A stretch of DNA of 64,000 nt from an uncultured bacterium (GTDB lineage Bacteria; UBP7; UBA6624), in the NCBI GenBank assembly GCA_964012435.1, contig CAXGSM010000001.1:27979-91978 (forward strand), given 5' to 3'. Made by a program: the position numbers and the translations under genes. Within the stretch, counting starts at the first letter, position 1, and each line of letters starts with the position of its first letter. Positions 36,581 to 45,579 of the stretch are shown here, one piece after another. The notes beneath the pieces were generated by a model. It was given only the letters and a program-made list of their open reading frames with translations. It made no database searches and was not told where the DNA came from.

Positions 36581-38146
36581 ATGCCAATTCCAATAGCTGA
36601 TCCAAACAAAATTCTTAATTTAATGAACGATCTTGTTGAGATCAAAAGCTCAACTGGTTCTTACGGGGAAGACGATATTCTTGATTTTATAGAGTCATAT
36701 GTAAAAAGAAAATGTGAAGGTGGCATAGATGTGTTATCTTACAGTTATGAGGTTGAGAAAAATCCAAACTTCCCAGAGGAAAAAAGATCTATTGCATTGA
36801 TTAAAAAGGGAAAAAGCAAGAATGCATTATTGTTTGTAGCCAATGTTGATACTGTAGGCACTTCTGACTATTCTTATCTTGAGCCTGTTTCTACCAGTCC
36901 AGACAAGCTTCTTAAAAGCTTAAATGCTGAGGTTAAGGAGTCTAAAGTTGGACAAATGGACGATAGACCTCCATTATCAAAGCTTGCAACAAAACATGTA
37001 AAGACAAAAGATTGGATATGGGGTAGGGGAACTTTGGACATGAAAGGAAGTTTGGCTGCCTTAATCGAAACGATTATTGCATGGGAAAATGAAGATGCAA
37101 GTTTGGTTTTGCTTATTTGCCCTGATAGGCATGGCGATTCAGAAGGTATAAAAAATGCACTTCCTAAACTAGGCCAAGAAATCAGAAAAAGAAAAATGAG
37201 CATTGTTGGCATGGTAGGAACGGATGCTTGGGAGCCGTCAGCTGAAAATTCTGTTAGAGATGTGCATATGTCTCTTTTAGGCAAAGCTTTGGTTTGTGTT
37301 TATTACAGAGGTCCTACAGGAACAATTTCATCAAATGATGGTTTTCCCTCAGCACTAGCCATAGGTTCAGACATCGTTAATGAATTGGATTGTGCTGAAT
37401 ATTTGGTAGAAGAAAAGGATGGAGTTAAAACTCCTAAGTCTTTATTTTTGTCAGCTAGAGATCTGAAAGACTCGTATAACACTCAGGTTCCTGGTGAATT
37501 TTGGGGTTTTATGCATGTGCCTACTTTCAAAAAGCCAACAGAAATTCTAGAAGTCATTAAGGAGAAAGTTGCTGGCGTTATAGAAAAAAAAGTTTTAGAG
37601 AGATCGAAAAAGTTTGGATTTGATGTAATTGATATCCCTATGCTTGATACACTCGAGCTTGTTGAAAAGCCTTACATAATTCCTAAAGGGCAGAATTTAA
37701 GAGAGTTATGCAGGGAGAAGTTTCTTGCAAGCGCTCTTTACAAAAAGATCAAATCACCCTGGTGTGTTGTTTCCATTATTCCTCCTTATTACCCAGGTTA
37801 TTCTTGGAAGTCTTCTAAAAAAAGTGATTTTGAAAAAGCATTGGATAAAGTTTTGAAGAAGTCTGCTAAAAAATTTGAAATCGAACACGAGAAACAGCCT
37901 TTTTATAAAGATGTTTCTGAATTTTCTTTAATTCCAGCAAGTAGAGACTATTGGATAGAGTTCACACCTCAACAACCCCTGAAGCTAACATCTTCAAAGG
38001 GCATAGGCGTTCAGGATATACCATATGTGAACATTGGACCGTTAGGCTATGGAGCTGCGACTCATGAAGAGAGAGTCTTAAGAAAGGATGTTCTTGAAAG
38101 GATTCCTTTTACTCTATCTGCCTTAATCAAAGAATTTTTAGCTTAA
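36581..38146 (+). CDS. M20 family metallohydrolase (RocB-like)
   Basis: I take the start at ATG 36581 (MPIPIADPN), in frame with track ORF 36485. It has ANVDTVG and GRGTLDMKGSLAALIE, typical of M20 peptidases. The length and layout resemble RocB. Confidence 0.5.
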   Translation: MPIPIADPNKILNLMNDLVEIKSSTGSYGEDDILDFIESYVKRKCEGGIDVLSYSYEVEKNPNFPEEKRSIALIKKGKSKNALLFVANVDTVGTSDYSYLEPVSTSPDKLLKSLNAEVKESKVGQMDDRPPLSKLATKHVKTKDWIWGRGTLDMKGSLAALIETIIAWENEDASLVLLICPDRHGDSEGIKNALPKLGQEIRKRKMSIVGMVGTDAWEPSAENSVRDVHMSLLGKALVCVYYRGPTGTISSNDGFPSALAIGSDIVNELDCAEYLVEEKDGVKTPKSLFLSARDLKDSYNTQVPGEFWGFMHVPTFKKPTEILEVIKEKVAGVIEKKVLERSKKFGFDVIDIPMLDTLELVEKPYIIPKGQNLRELCREKFLASALYKKIKSPWCVVSIIPPYYPGYSWKSSKKSDFEKALDKVLKKSAKKFEIEHEKQPFYKDVSEFSLIPASRDYWIEFTPQQPLKLTSSKGIGVQDIPYVNIGPLGYGAATHEERVLRKDVLERIPFTLSALIKEFLA

Positions 38147-38196
38147 CCTAACTTTTCTGTTAAAAAATTTCTTACAGTTTGTTTTTGCTTGTTTAC

Positions 38197-38274
38197 TGGA
38201 GTAAAAGTTACTCTGTTTGTTTTTCTTGGAATAAAATTCACTCTATCCAGTATTTTTAGAGTAAAATATATCCT
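38197..38274 (+). promoter_or_regulatory. Three 18-nt direct repeats phased at exactly 30 bp, candidate operator array
   Basis: The repeats are tggagtaaaagttactct (38197), tggaataaaattcactct (38227) and tagagtaaaatatatcct (38257). The third ends at the base before the ATG of the wHTH gene. Confidence 0.4.
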
Positions 38275-38748
38275 ATGTCGTTAAAAAAGATATTTGGTTC
38301 AAAGCTTAGAGCTGACATACTTCTCGAGGTTTTTTCGAACCCTGAGCAGGATTATCATGTCAGGAAGCTTGCTGCCATAGTTAATGGACATAGTACAAAT
38401 GTTTCAAGAGAGCTCAGGATGTTGGAGGAGATTGGCATACTTGTTCATAGGAAAGTTGGTAGAAAAGTTATCGTAAGTTTAAAAAAAGACGATCCTTCAA
38501 TAGAGCTTTTCGGTAGATGGATACAAGAATGGAAAAATCCAATAAGCAGGATTAAAAGATATGCATCAAAAAATAATCTTTCATTAAGGTCTGTAGACAG
38601 GCAAGACGAAACAGGTGATAGTGTTTTGGTTATCCTTGAGGGAAATGACACCCCTTCTGATCTTGAGGATTGTGTTGACATGATAAACTCAGACAAACAA
38701 AAACCCTTTCTGAAAGCTCTTTATGTCTGGGTCCCTTCAGAAAGCTAG
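38275..38748 (+). CDS. Winged-helix (ArsR/MarR-like) DNA-binding protein
   Basis: The N-terminal region (RADILLEVFSNPEQDYHVRKLAAIVNGHSTNVSRELRMLEEIGILVHRKVGRKVIV) has a wHTH pattern. The C-terminal half is unassigned. Confidence 0.5.
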   Translation: MSLKKIFGSKLRADILLEVFSNPEQDYHVRKLAAIVNGHSTNVSRELRMLEEIGILVHRKVGRKVIVSLKKDDPSIELFGRWIQEWKNPISRIKRYASKNNLSLRSVDRQDETGDSVLVILEGNDTPSDLEDCVDMINSDKQKPFLKALYVWVPSES

Positions 38749-39311
38749 TTGTTGAAGAAATAACCCATCATCGCTAAACCTTGAGCACCATTTCTTTGTG
38801 CTTCTTCCATGTCTGAAATTGACATTCCCCCAAGGGCATAAGTTGGTTTCTTTATTTTTTTCGCTAATAATTTAAAATTCTCCCAACCTAAAGGTCTAAG
38901 GTATTTTTCTTTTGAAGGTGTATTTTTAACTGGTGACAACAGTGCTGCATCAAATTTAAAGTTCTTAAATTTTTCTAATGAATTTATGTTATGGATTGAT
39001 GCGGTAAGAAACAAATGGGAGTTAGCTTTGTAATTTTCAATCCATTCTCTTGAGGGTTCTGAATCTGGTGCATGCAATCCTTCAAACCCAATATCTGCAG
39101 CTATTTCAGGTTTTCCATTGAATATCAAGAATAATTTTGGAAACTCTTTTCTTATCACCTTTGAAGTCTCTGTAAATTTTTTTTGATTGATTTTTTTATC
39201 TCTTACCTGGAGTGCATCCATCCCTCGATCAATCGCAATCTCTATCTTTTTAAGAATTGTTATTTCATTTTCTACCGATGGGGTTATGCCAATGGTGTCA
39301 ATTCTTTTCAA
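38745..39311 (-). CDS. thiE: Thiamine-phosphate synthase
   Basis: It has ALQVRDKK, GFEGLHAP and ALGGMS...GAQGLAMMG patterns. It lies directly downstream of thiS and thiG with a 4-nt overlap. Confidence 0.7.
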   Translation of the reverse strand: MKRIDTIGITPSVENEITILKKIEIAIDRGMDALQVRDKKINQKKFTETSKVIRKEFPKLFLIFNGKPEIAADIGFEGLHAPDSEPSREWIENYKANSHLFLTASIHNINSLEKFKNFKFDAALLSPVKNTPSKEKYLRPLGWENFKLLAKKIKKPTYALGGMSISDMEEAQRNGAQGLAMMGYFFNN

Positions 39312-40078
39312 CTTCCGGGAACACCTTCTGTTGGGCTTGAGGGATCTGCAGCAAATTTTCTTGGCATTCTTCCAGCATCAAATGCTAATTTTCCAGCAAT
39401 AATTGAATATTTCATTGCTTCAGCCATTTGAATTGGTTTTTTGGCTTCTGCTATAGCGGTATTCATAAGCACCCCATCTGCTCCTAACTCCATCGCAACA
39501 GCTGCATCACTGGCTGTTCCAACACCTGCATCAACTATCATTGGCACATTGTTTATGGCTTTTCTAACTATTGATAACGTTTCTTTGTCCTGTATTCCAA
39601 GACCACTTCCTATAGGCGAAGCAAGCGGCATGACTGCATGGCAGCCAATCTCCTGAAGTTTTCTAGCTCCTACTGGATCAGGGCCGCAGTAAGGCATTAC
39701 AACAAAGCCATCTTCAATCAGGATTCTTGCTGCTTCTATGGTTTGTTCCATATCAGGCCATAAACTGAACTTATCGCCAATGACTTCTAGCTTTATTAGG
39801 TTTGTTTTCAATGCTTCTCTTGCAAGTTTTGCTGTCAATATTGCATCTTCAATATTAAAGCATCCAGCTGTATTTGGCAATAGGCTGAATTTTTCAGAAT
39901 CAACAAAATCCAAAAGACCTTCTCCTTTTGGAGCGTTCAAATCAATTCTCCTAATTGCAACTGTTACCAAATCAGTACCACTTGCTTCTAAAGATTTTTT
40001 CATTATTTCGAAATTTTCATATTTGCCTGTTCCTAAAACAAGTCTTGAATGAAATTCATAAGGTCCTATATTTAACAT
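39308..40078 (-). CDS. thiG: Thiazole synthase
   Basis: It has LVLGTGKY, TVAIRR, LPNTAGC, IKLEVIGD, VMPLASPIGSGLG, DAGVGTASDAA and GADGVLMNTAIA. Confidence 0.9.
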   Translation of the reverse strand: MLNIGPYEFHSRLVLGTGKYENFEIMKKSLEASGTDLVTVAIRRIDLNAPKGEGLLDFVDSEKFSLLPNTAGCFNIEDAILTAKLAREALKTNLIKLEVIGDKFSLWPDMEQTIEAARILIEDGFVVMPYCGPDPVGARKLQEIGCHAVMPLASPIGSGLGIQDKETLSIVRKAINNVPMIVDAGVGTASDAAVAMELGADGVLMNTAIAEAKKPIQMAEAMKYSIIAGKLAFDAGRMPRKFAADPSSPTEGVPGS

Positions 40079-40276
40079 TTATCCTCCTGGGGCTGCTTTT
40101 ACAAACTCTAGAGCATCTCCTTCTTTTAGTTCAATGCAATCCCTTTCATGACGATGAACTATTTCTCTATTTAAAGCCACTGCAACAAAGTCTGGTGATA
40201 TTTTTAAATCTCTTAAAAGCTGATTCACAGTTCCACCTTCGAAAGTTACGATCTTTCCGTTTACTTTTATTTTCAT
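40079..40276 (-). CDS. thiS: Sulfur carrier protein ThiS
   Basis: The 65-aa ubiquitin-like protein ends in GG. Its stop abuts the thiG start. Confidence 0.8.
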   Translation of the reverse strand: MKIKVNGKIVTFEGGTVNQLLRDLKISPDFVAVALNREIVHRHERDCIELKEGDALEFVKAAPGG

Positions 40277-42249
40277 AGGTTGTTTTTAAACCAGTTAATC
40301 AACAATCTCAATCTTTCCATTTTTCTATTTGGAGAACCAGATCTTGATAATTCATGTGTTTCGTTTGGGAAACGGGCAAAGGAGACTTTTTGGCCTAGCA
40401 TTTTCAGTGAAATAAAAAGTTGTTCTGCTTGCTCTATTGGACATCTTAAATCCTGTTCGCTGTGTATTATTAATGTAGCAGCTTTCATGTTTTCAACGTA
40501 GGTTATAGGGCTTTTTTCTATATACACTTCAGGATTTTCCCAAGGTGTTTTGCCAATCTGTTCAATGTCAAAAAAGTAACCAATATCACTTGTTCCAAAC
40601 ATTGATGTGAAGTTCGATATACCTCTTTGTGTAACTGCAGCTTTAAACATGTCAGTATGACCTATTATCCAATTTGTCATAAAGCCACCATAAGAACCAC
40701 CACACACCCCAAGTCTTTTTTCATCGATTTCTTTATGCCTCTTAAGGCTTGCTTGAACTGATTCAATAAGGTCTTCATAATCTCTCTCACCATATTTCTT
40801 AAAAACGCTATGTGCCCAGTCAACACCATATCCATCAGAACCTCTAGGATTTCCATAAATGACTGCAAAACCTTCCCCTGCAAGCATTTGGAATTCAAGC
40901 ATAAGGGCATTTCCGTAAACCGTTTTTGGACCTCCATGAATTTCTAATATTGCTGGAGCTTTTTTCTTATGTGTAAGTCTTGGCTTTATAACCCAAGCAT
41001 CTACTAAAGTTTTATCGGAAGCTTCAAAGGTCATTTTTTCTGGTTTAAAAAATCTTCTCTTGCTTGCAAGGTTGTCATTATATTTTGTTATTTTTATAGC
41101 TTTTTTTCCATCTTTGACAAGCCATAATTCAGGAAAGGACACAGGAGAGGTCCTAAGCTCGATTCGGGACTCACCATCTTTTGATTGAGAATAACCAATT
41201 ACAGAATATTCTGAATCAGAAATGTATTTCCAGGATTGTTCTTTTATGTCTAGTTCAACAAGTCTTAGAGAGTCTTTAACGGTTGCAACAAACCTTGCTT
41301 TGTTTGATTTATCAGATATCCAAACATCACTTCCAGAAGGAAATCTTGTATCGCAATTCATCGAGTCTCCTATCCCGAATTCAAAATCACCTGTTATTTT
41401 TTTTAATTTTTTATTTTTTTGAACTTCGTAAAGGCCGTCATTTGATGCCCATGACTTCTCCATACCATTTGCAATGACATAAATGTTATCTTTCGAAACA
41501 ATAGGGCCATATACTCTTTTTCCAAAAGATGTGATCTTTGTTTCTTTCCCACCCTGCAGAGGTATTGAATAAAGTTCTGAAGACATTGCTTGATCCATGT
41601 CGTTTTCAGGATTTGGAGTTCTTGAATATAGAATTTTTTCATCTTGTGCAAACCAAGATCCAACACTCCATTTTCCAGATGTTATTTGTTTTGATTTTTT
41701 ACTTTTTATTCTTTGTGCGAATAGGTGATTTCTTTTTCTCAGGAATGAACCTTGTCCGTTGAGTCTCCAAAATGCTGATTCAATAACCTCAACATCGTCT
41801 GCAAGAGAGTCTTTGTATTTGGACTTTTCAGGATTGCTAAAAGATGTAAACACCATTGATTTCCCATTTGGTGAAAAGTTAAAAGAGTTGATTCCGTTTT
41901 TTTGTTTTGTGAATTTTCTTGCTTCCCCTCCATTCATATCGAGCAAATAGATTTGATAATGTTCGTCTTTTGTTCTTTTTGAAAGGAAAGCAAGTGTTTT
42001 TCCGTCTGGTGACCATTTGGGCGAAAACGCATCAAACTCTTCAGAAGAAATCTTTTTGCTTTTTAGTGTTTTTAAATCTGTTATTGCAATTTCAGATTTC
42101 CAACAATTTTTTTTAGTGTTTTTGTGAGCTTTCTTCAAGACGTAGCATACGTTGTTTTTATTTGGATTGATTACAGGATCTGAAACATGAATAATTTTCT
42201 TTATATCTTTGATTGAGAAATTTTTTAATTCTTTTTTCATTCTTACCAA
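40273..42249 (-). CDS. S9 family serine peptidase (acylaminoacyl/prolyl oligopeptidase type) with N-terminal beta-propeller
   Basis: It has propeller blades with SPDGK/SPNGK, the nucleophile elbow GGSYGG, and a later D and H (ETHELS). Confidence 0.85.
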   Translation of the reverse strand: MVRMKKELKNFSIKDIKKIIHVSDPVINPNKNNVCYVLKKAHKNTKKNCWKSEIAITDLKTLKSKKISSEEFDAFSPKWSPDGKTLAFLSKRTKDEHYQIYLLDMNGGEARKFTKQKNGINSFNFSPNGKSMVFTSFSNPEKSKYKDSLADDVEVIESAFWRLNGQGSFLRKRNHLFAQRIKSKKSKQITSGKWSVGSWFAQDEKILYSRTPNPENDMDQAMSSELYSIPLQGGKETKITSFGKRVYGPIVSKDNIYVIANGMEKSWASNDGLYEVQKNKKLKKITGDFEFGIGDSMNCDTRFPSGSDVWISDKSNKARFVATVKDSLRLVELDIKEQSWKYISDSEYSVIGYSQSKDGESRIELRTSPVSFPELWLVKDGKKAIKITKYNDNLASKRRFFKPEKMTFEASDKTLVDAWVIKPRLTHKKKAPAILEIHGGPKTVYGNALMLEFQMLAGEGFAVIYGNPRGSDGYGVDWAHSVFKKYGERDYEDLIESVQASLKRHKEIDEKRLGVCGGSYGGFMTNWIIGHTDMFKAAVTQRGISNFTSMFGTSDIGYFFDIEQIGKTPWENPEVYIEKSPITYVENMKAATLIIHSEQDLRCPIEQAEQLFISLKMLGQKVSFARFPNETHELSRSGSPNRKMERLRLLINWFKNNL

Positions 42250-43670
42250 GCTCTTGAGAATAATGCTTTTATTTTTGTCTTAGAGCCATCTTGAGCAATA
42301 TTTTCACCTGAAGGTTTAAGACATCTTATTGTTGCTTTTGTTTTTTCTTTAATCTCTGCTTCAAGGTCTTTGTTTTCTGGATTCCATGGAATCCATATTG
42401 CTTTTTTGGAGTCAATTGCTTCTTTGATTTCTTCAGATTTTCTTCCTTCTAGTATCCTGTTTTCCATTTTGCTTTTTGCCGCTTCAAAAAGGCTTTTTTG
42501 AATGTCTGATTTTAAGAATTCACAAGTTTCGATGATTTCTTCAATTTTTATTTTTTTCTTTGAGCCATCATCCCTTCTTGCTATCATGCATGAATTTTCT
42601 TCCAGGTCTCTTGGTCCTATTTCAATTCTTATAGGTACACCTTTTAGCTCCCAGTCATTGAATTTGAATCCAGGTCTTAGGTTCTCTCTATTGTCATAAG
42701 TGGTTTTAAATCCTTTTTTTGTAAGGTCCTCTTTTATTTTGAGGCTGATTTCATTTACTTTAGGGTTTTTTTCAGCAGCAATAGGGATTATCACTATTTG
42801 AATTGGAGCAATCTTTGGAGGAAGGATTAAACCTTTATCGTCACCATGCGTTAAAACAAGCCCTCCAATAAGCCTTGTTGAAACGCCCCATGATGTTTGA
42901 AAAGGGTGCTTTCTTGTTTCATCTTTATCTTGGAACCATATGTCAAAAGCTTTTGCAAAATTTGTTCCGAGGTAATGACTTGTACCCATCTGTAATGCTT
43001 GCCCATCTGGCAAAATCGTTTCTATAGTGTGAGTCTCTACTGCTCCAGCAAATTTTTCAGATTCAGATTTTTGACCGTAAACCAAAGGCACAGCAAGAAA
43101 GTCTTGAACCGTATCTCTGTAAACTTCAAGCATTAAAAGTGTTTCCTTCAATGCTTCTTCTTTTGTTGCATGAACAGTATGTCCTTCTTGCCACAAGAAT
43201 TCAGTGGTACGTAAAAAAGGTCTTGTTGTTTTTTCCCATCTCATTACATTTGCCCATTGATTTATGAGTATTGGAAGATCTCTGTAACCATTTATCCATT
43301 TGGAATACATATGACAAATCATCGCTTCGCTTGTTGGTCGAATTGCAAGCCTTTCCTCAAGCGGTTCACTACCAGCTGTTTCAACCCATGCAACTTCAGG
43401 GGCAAAACCTTCAACATGCTCTGCTTCCTTTTTTAAAAAAGATTCTGGTATCAATAATGGAAAATAAGCATTCTGATGACCTGTTTCTTTAAATCGTTTA
43501 TCAAGTTCTTTTTGAATCTCTTCCCATATGGCATAGCCGTGAGGCTTTATAACCATTGAACCTCTGACTGGAGCATAATCAACAAGGCCTGCTTTCAATA
43601 CTGTGTCAGTGTACCATTGAGACAAATTTTCTTCTCTTGAAGAGACGCCTAAGTTTTTTGATTTGTTCAT
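42243..43670 (-). CDS. proS: Proline--tRNA ligase (short archaeal/eukaryote-like type, no editing insertion)
   Basis: It has the class II motifs FRDE-like (IRPTSE), WANVMRWE, FLWQEGHT and the GTSHYLG motif 3 region. The length is 475 aa. Confidence 0.9.
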   Translation of the reverse strand: MNKSKNLGVSSREENLSQWYTDTVLKAGLVDYAPVRGSMVIKPHGYAIWEEIQKELDKRFKETGHQNAYFPLLIPESFLKKEAEHVEGFAPEVAWVETAGSEPLEERLAIRPTSEAMICHMYSKWINGYRDLPILINQWANVMRWEKTTRPFLRTTEFLWQEGHTVHATKEEALKETLLMLEVYRDTVQDFLAVPLVYGQKSESEKFAGAVETHTIETILPDGQALQMGTSHYLGTNFAKAFDIWFQDKDETRKHPFQTSWGVSTRLIGGLVLTHGDDKGLILPPKIAPIQIVIIPIAAEKNPKVNEISLKIKEDLTKKGFKTTYDNRENLRPGFKFNDWELKGVPIRIEIGPRDLEENSCMIARRDDGSKKKIKIEEIIETCEFLKSDIQKSLFEAAKSKMENRILEGRKSEEIKEAIDSKKAIWIPWNPENKDLEAEIKEKTKATIRCLKPSGENIAQDGSKTKIKALFSRAW

Positions 43671-43692
43671 CTTGTTATATCGTACTATTTAT

Positions 43693-44499
43693 TCAACAAT
43701 CTATTCCCCAAGACTTCATGAAAGACAGAGTTTCTTTTACGTCATGTACGCGAATTAGCTTAGCTCCATTCAAAATGCTCCAAAGCGCAACAAACAACGA
43801 ACCTTCCAATCTTTCATCAACATCTTTGTTTGTAAGTTCTCCAATGAGTGATTTTCTGCTGACCCCAATTGCTATGTTTTTGTCTATTTTTTTTATTTTT
43901 TCAAGATTATTGATTATTTCTATATTTGCATTTTGAGTTTTTCCAAATCCAATACCAGGGTCAAGGTAGTATTTTTTTATATTAAATTTTTGAAGCGTTT
44001 GAGATGCAGTTTGAAAAAAAGATATCACATGAGGCATAACCTCTGTTTTTTTTAATGGTTTAATTTGCATTTTTCTTGGAGGCCATAAAGCATGATTAAC
44101 AATCAGATGTAATTTTTTCTGGCAGATTGTTTTTAATGCTTCTTCATTAGGCATCCCAGAAGGGTTGTTGATCATTTCTACTTCGAAATCAGATATCTTT
44201 TTGATATTTTGAGAATGATATGTATCTATGCTTATTTTTGTTTTTTCTTTGTCTATTTTCCCTTCTATGCTTGTGAGAAAAGGTTTCAGTCTCCTCCATT
44301 CCTCATCATGATTTAGTTGTGTTGAGTCAGGTCGAGTTGATTCTGCCCCTATATCTATCCATGCTGCACCTTGATTAGACATTGCAATGCATTCGGCTAC
44401 AGCTTTATCGTTTTCATATCTGCTATTTTCCCAGAAAGAATCTGGCGTGATGTTGATGACGCCCATGATTTCAATAGATGATTTTGTTTTAGTTTTCAA
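43693..44499 (-). CDS. folP: Dihydropteroate synthase
   Basis: It has IMGVINITPDSFW, IDIGAESTRP, ISIDT and DPGIGFGK. Confidence 0.9.
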   Translation of the reverse strand: MKTKTKSSIEIMGVINITPDSFWENSRYENDKAVAECIAMSNQGAAWIDIGAESTRPDSTQLNHDEEWRRLKPFLTSIEGKIDKEKTKISIDTYHSQNIKKISDFEVEMINNPSGMPNEEALKTICQKKLHLIVNHALWPPRKMQIKPLKKTEVMPHVISFFQTASQTLQKFNIKKYYLDPGIGFGKTQNANIEIINNLEKIKKIDKNIAIGVSRKSLIGELTNKDVDERLEGSLFVALWSILNGAKLIRVHDVKETLSFMKSWGIDC

Positions 44500-45535
44500 T
44501 TATGACTTTGCCACTGCCGTTATTTGAAATTTCACCAATTTTCCAAGAAGGATAGGGCAGTTCAGATAAGCATTTTAGACATTCTTGTTCTTTTTCTTTT
44601 GAAATGATTATTCCAAAACCAATACCCATATTGAAGGTTTTGTAAGCTTCTTCATCGGCTATGCCAGATTTGGATACAAGCCAATCGACAATTGTCGGTC
44701 TAGAAAAGGAAGATGGTTTTATTAAGCAGTTTACATTCTCAGGTATTATTCTCTCGAAGTTTCTGATCATGCCTCCACCAGTGATATGTGAAAAACCTTT
44801 TATTCCATCAATTGAACCGCAAACCTTTTTGGCTAATGGCCAATATAGTCTTGTAGGTTCAGATAACTGAACTCCTACAGGGACAGATGAACCTTTGCGA
44901 GGTTGTTTGATGTCTATCTGCATTTCTTCTATTATTTTTCTAACAAGAGAAAACCCATTGCTGTGAAAACCAGAAGAAGAAACACCGATAACTATGTCTC
45001 CAGGTTCTATTTGTTGATGAGGGTCTAAGAGTTTGTGCTTATCCGTAAATGAGCCAAGGCCAAATCCAACTATATCAATTTCACCTTTCTCATAAAAGCC
45101 AGGCATTTCTGCCGTTTCTCCACCCAAAAGCACAGTTTCAGAAATAGAACATGAATCAGCAATACCTTTTATAACTTTATAAAAAACTTCTGTATCCAGG
45201 TTGCCAGTAGCGTAATAGTCCAAAAACACATCTGGCTTGGCACCACTTGCACATATGTCATTCAGAACCATGCCAACACAATCTTGACCAGCCCAGTTTT
45301 CAGTGCCCATTTCTAAATGAAGTAATGTTTTTGTACCGACGCCATCACATGAAAGTGCAAGATTTCTATCCGATATTTTGACTATTCCAGAATAACCTGC
45401 TTTGTTGGGGATATACCTTTTGTCATGTGTTGCCGACACTAAAGATTTTATTTTCCTCAAGGAATCTTCAGCTTTTTCTATATTTACGCCTGAATCTTTG
45501 TATGTGATTTTTTTTCTTTCCATGCTTTTTACCAA
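44489..45535 (-). CDS. purM: Phosphoribosylformylglycinamidine cyclo-ligase (AIR synthetase)
   Basis: It has DGVGTK, DCVGMVLNDI, GGETAEMPG, SSGFHSNGFSL and HITGGG. Confidence 0.9.
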   Translation of the reverse strand: MVKSMERKKITYKDSGVNIEKAEDSLRKIKSLVSATHDKRYIPNKAGYSGIVKISDRNLALSCDGVGTKTLLHLEMGTENWAGQDCVGMVLNDICASGAKPDVFLDYYATGNLDTEVFYKVIKGIADSCSISETVLLGGETAEMPGFYEKGEIDIVGFGLGSFTDKHKLLDPHQQIEPGDIVIGVSSSGFHSNGFSLVRKIIEEMQIDIKQPRKGSSVPVGVQLSEPTRLYWPLAKKVCGSIDGIKGFSHITGGGMIRNFERIIPENVNCLIKPSSFSRPTIVDWLVSKSGIADEEAYKTFNMGIGFGIIISKEKEQECLKCLSELPYPSWKIGEISNNGSGKVIIEN

Positions 45536-45579
45536 GTATATATGTAGATTCTATTTTTTTTCAATCTAGAATTTGAATA

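Noticed and set aside
40277-40500. TPP (THI-box) riboswitch upstream of thiS
   Set aside because: The sequence upstream of thiS is the 3' coding end of the S9 peptidase gene. I could not see the conserved CUGAGA and ACCUGA THI-box elements there.
45536-45579. Short inverted repeat (attcta / tagaat around a T-run) in the 44-bp divergent spacer between purM and the NHL gene, as a possible PurR-like operator
   Set aside because: Only 6 bp arms in AT-rich sequence, which is expected by chance. There is no resemblance to a PUR box that I can recognise.
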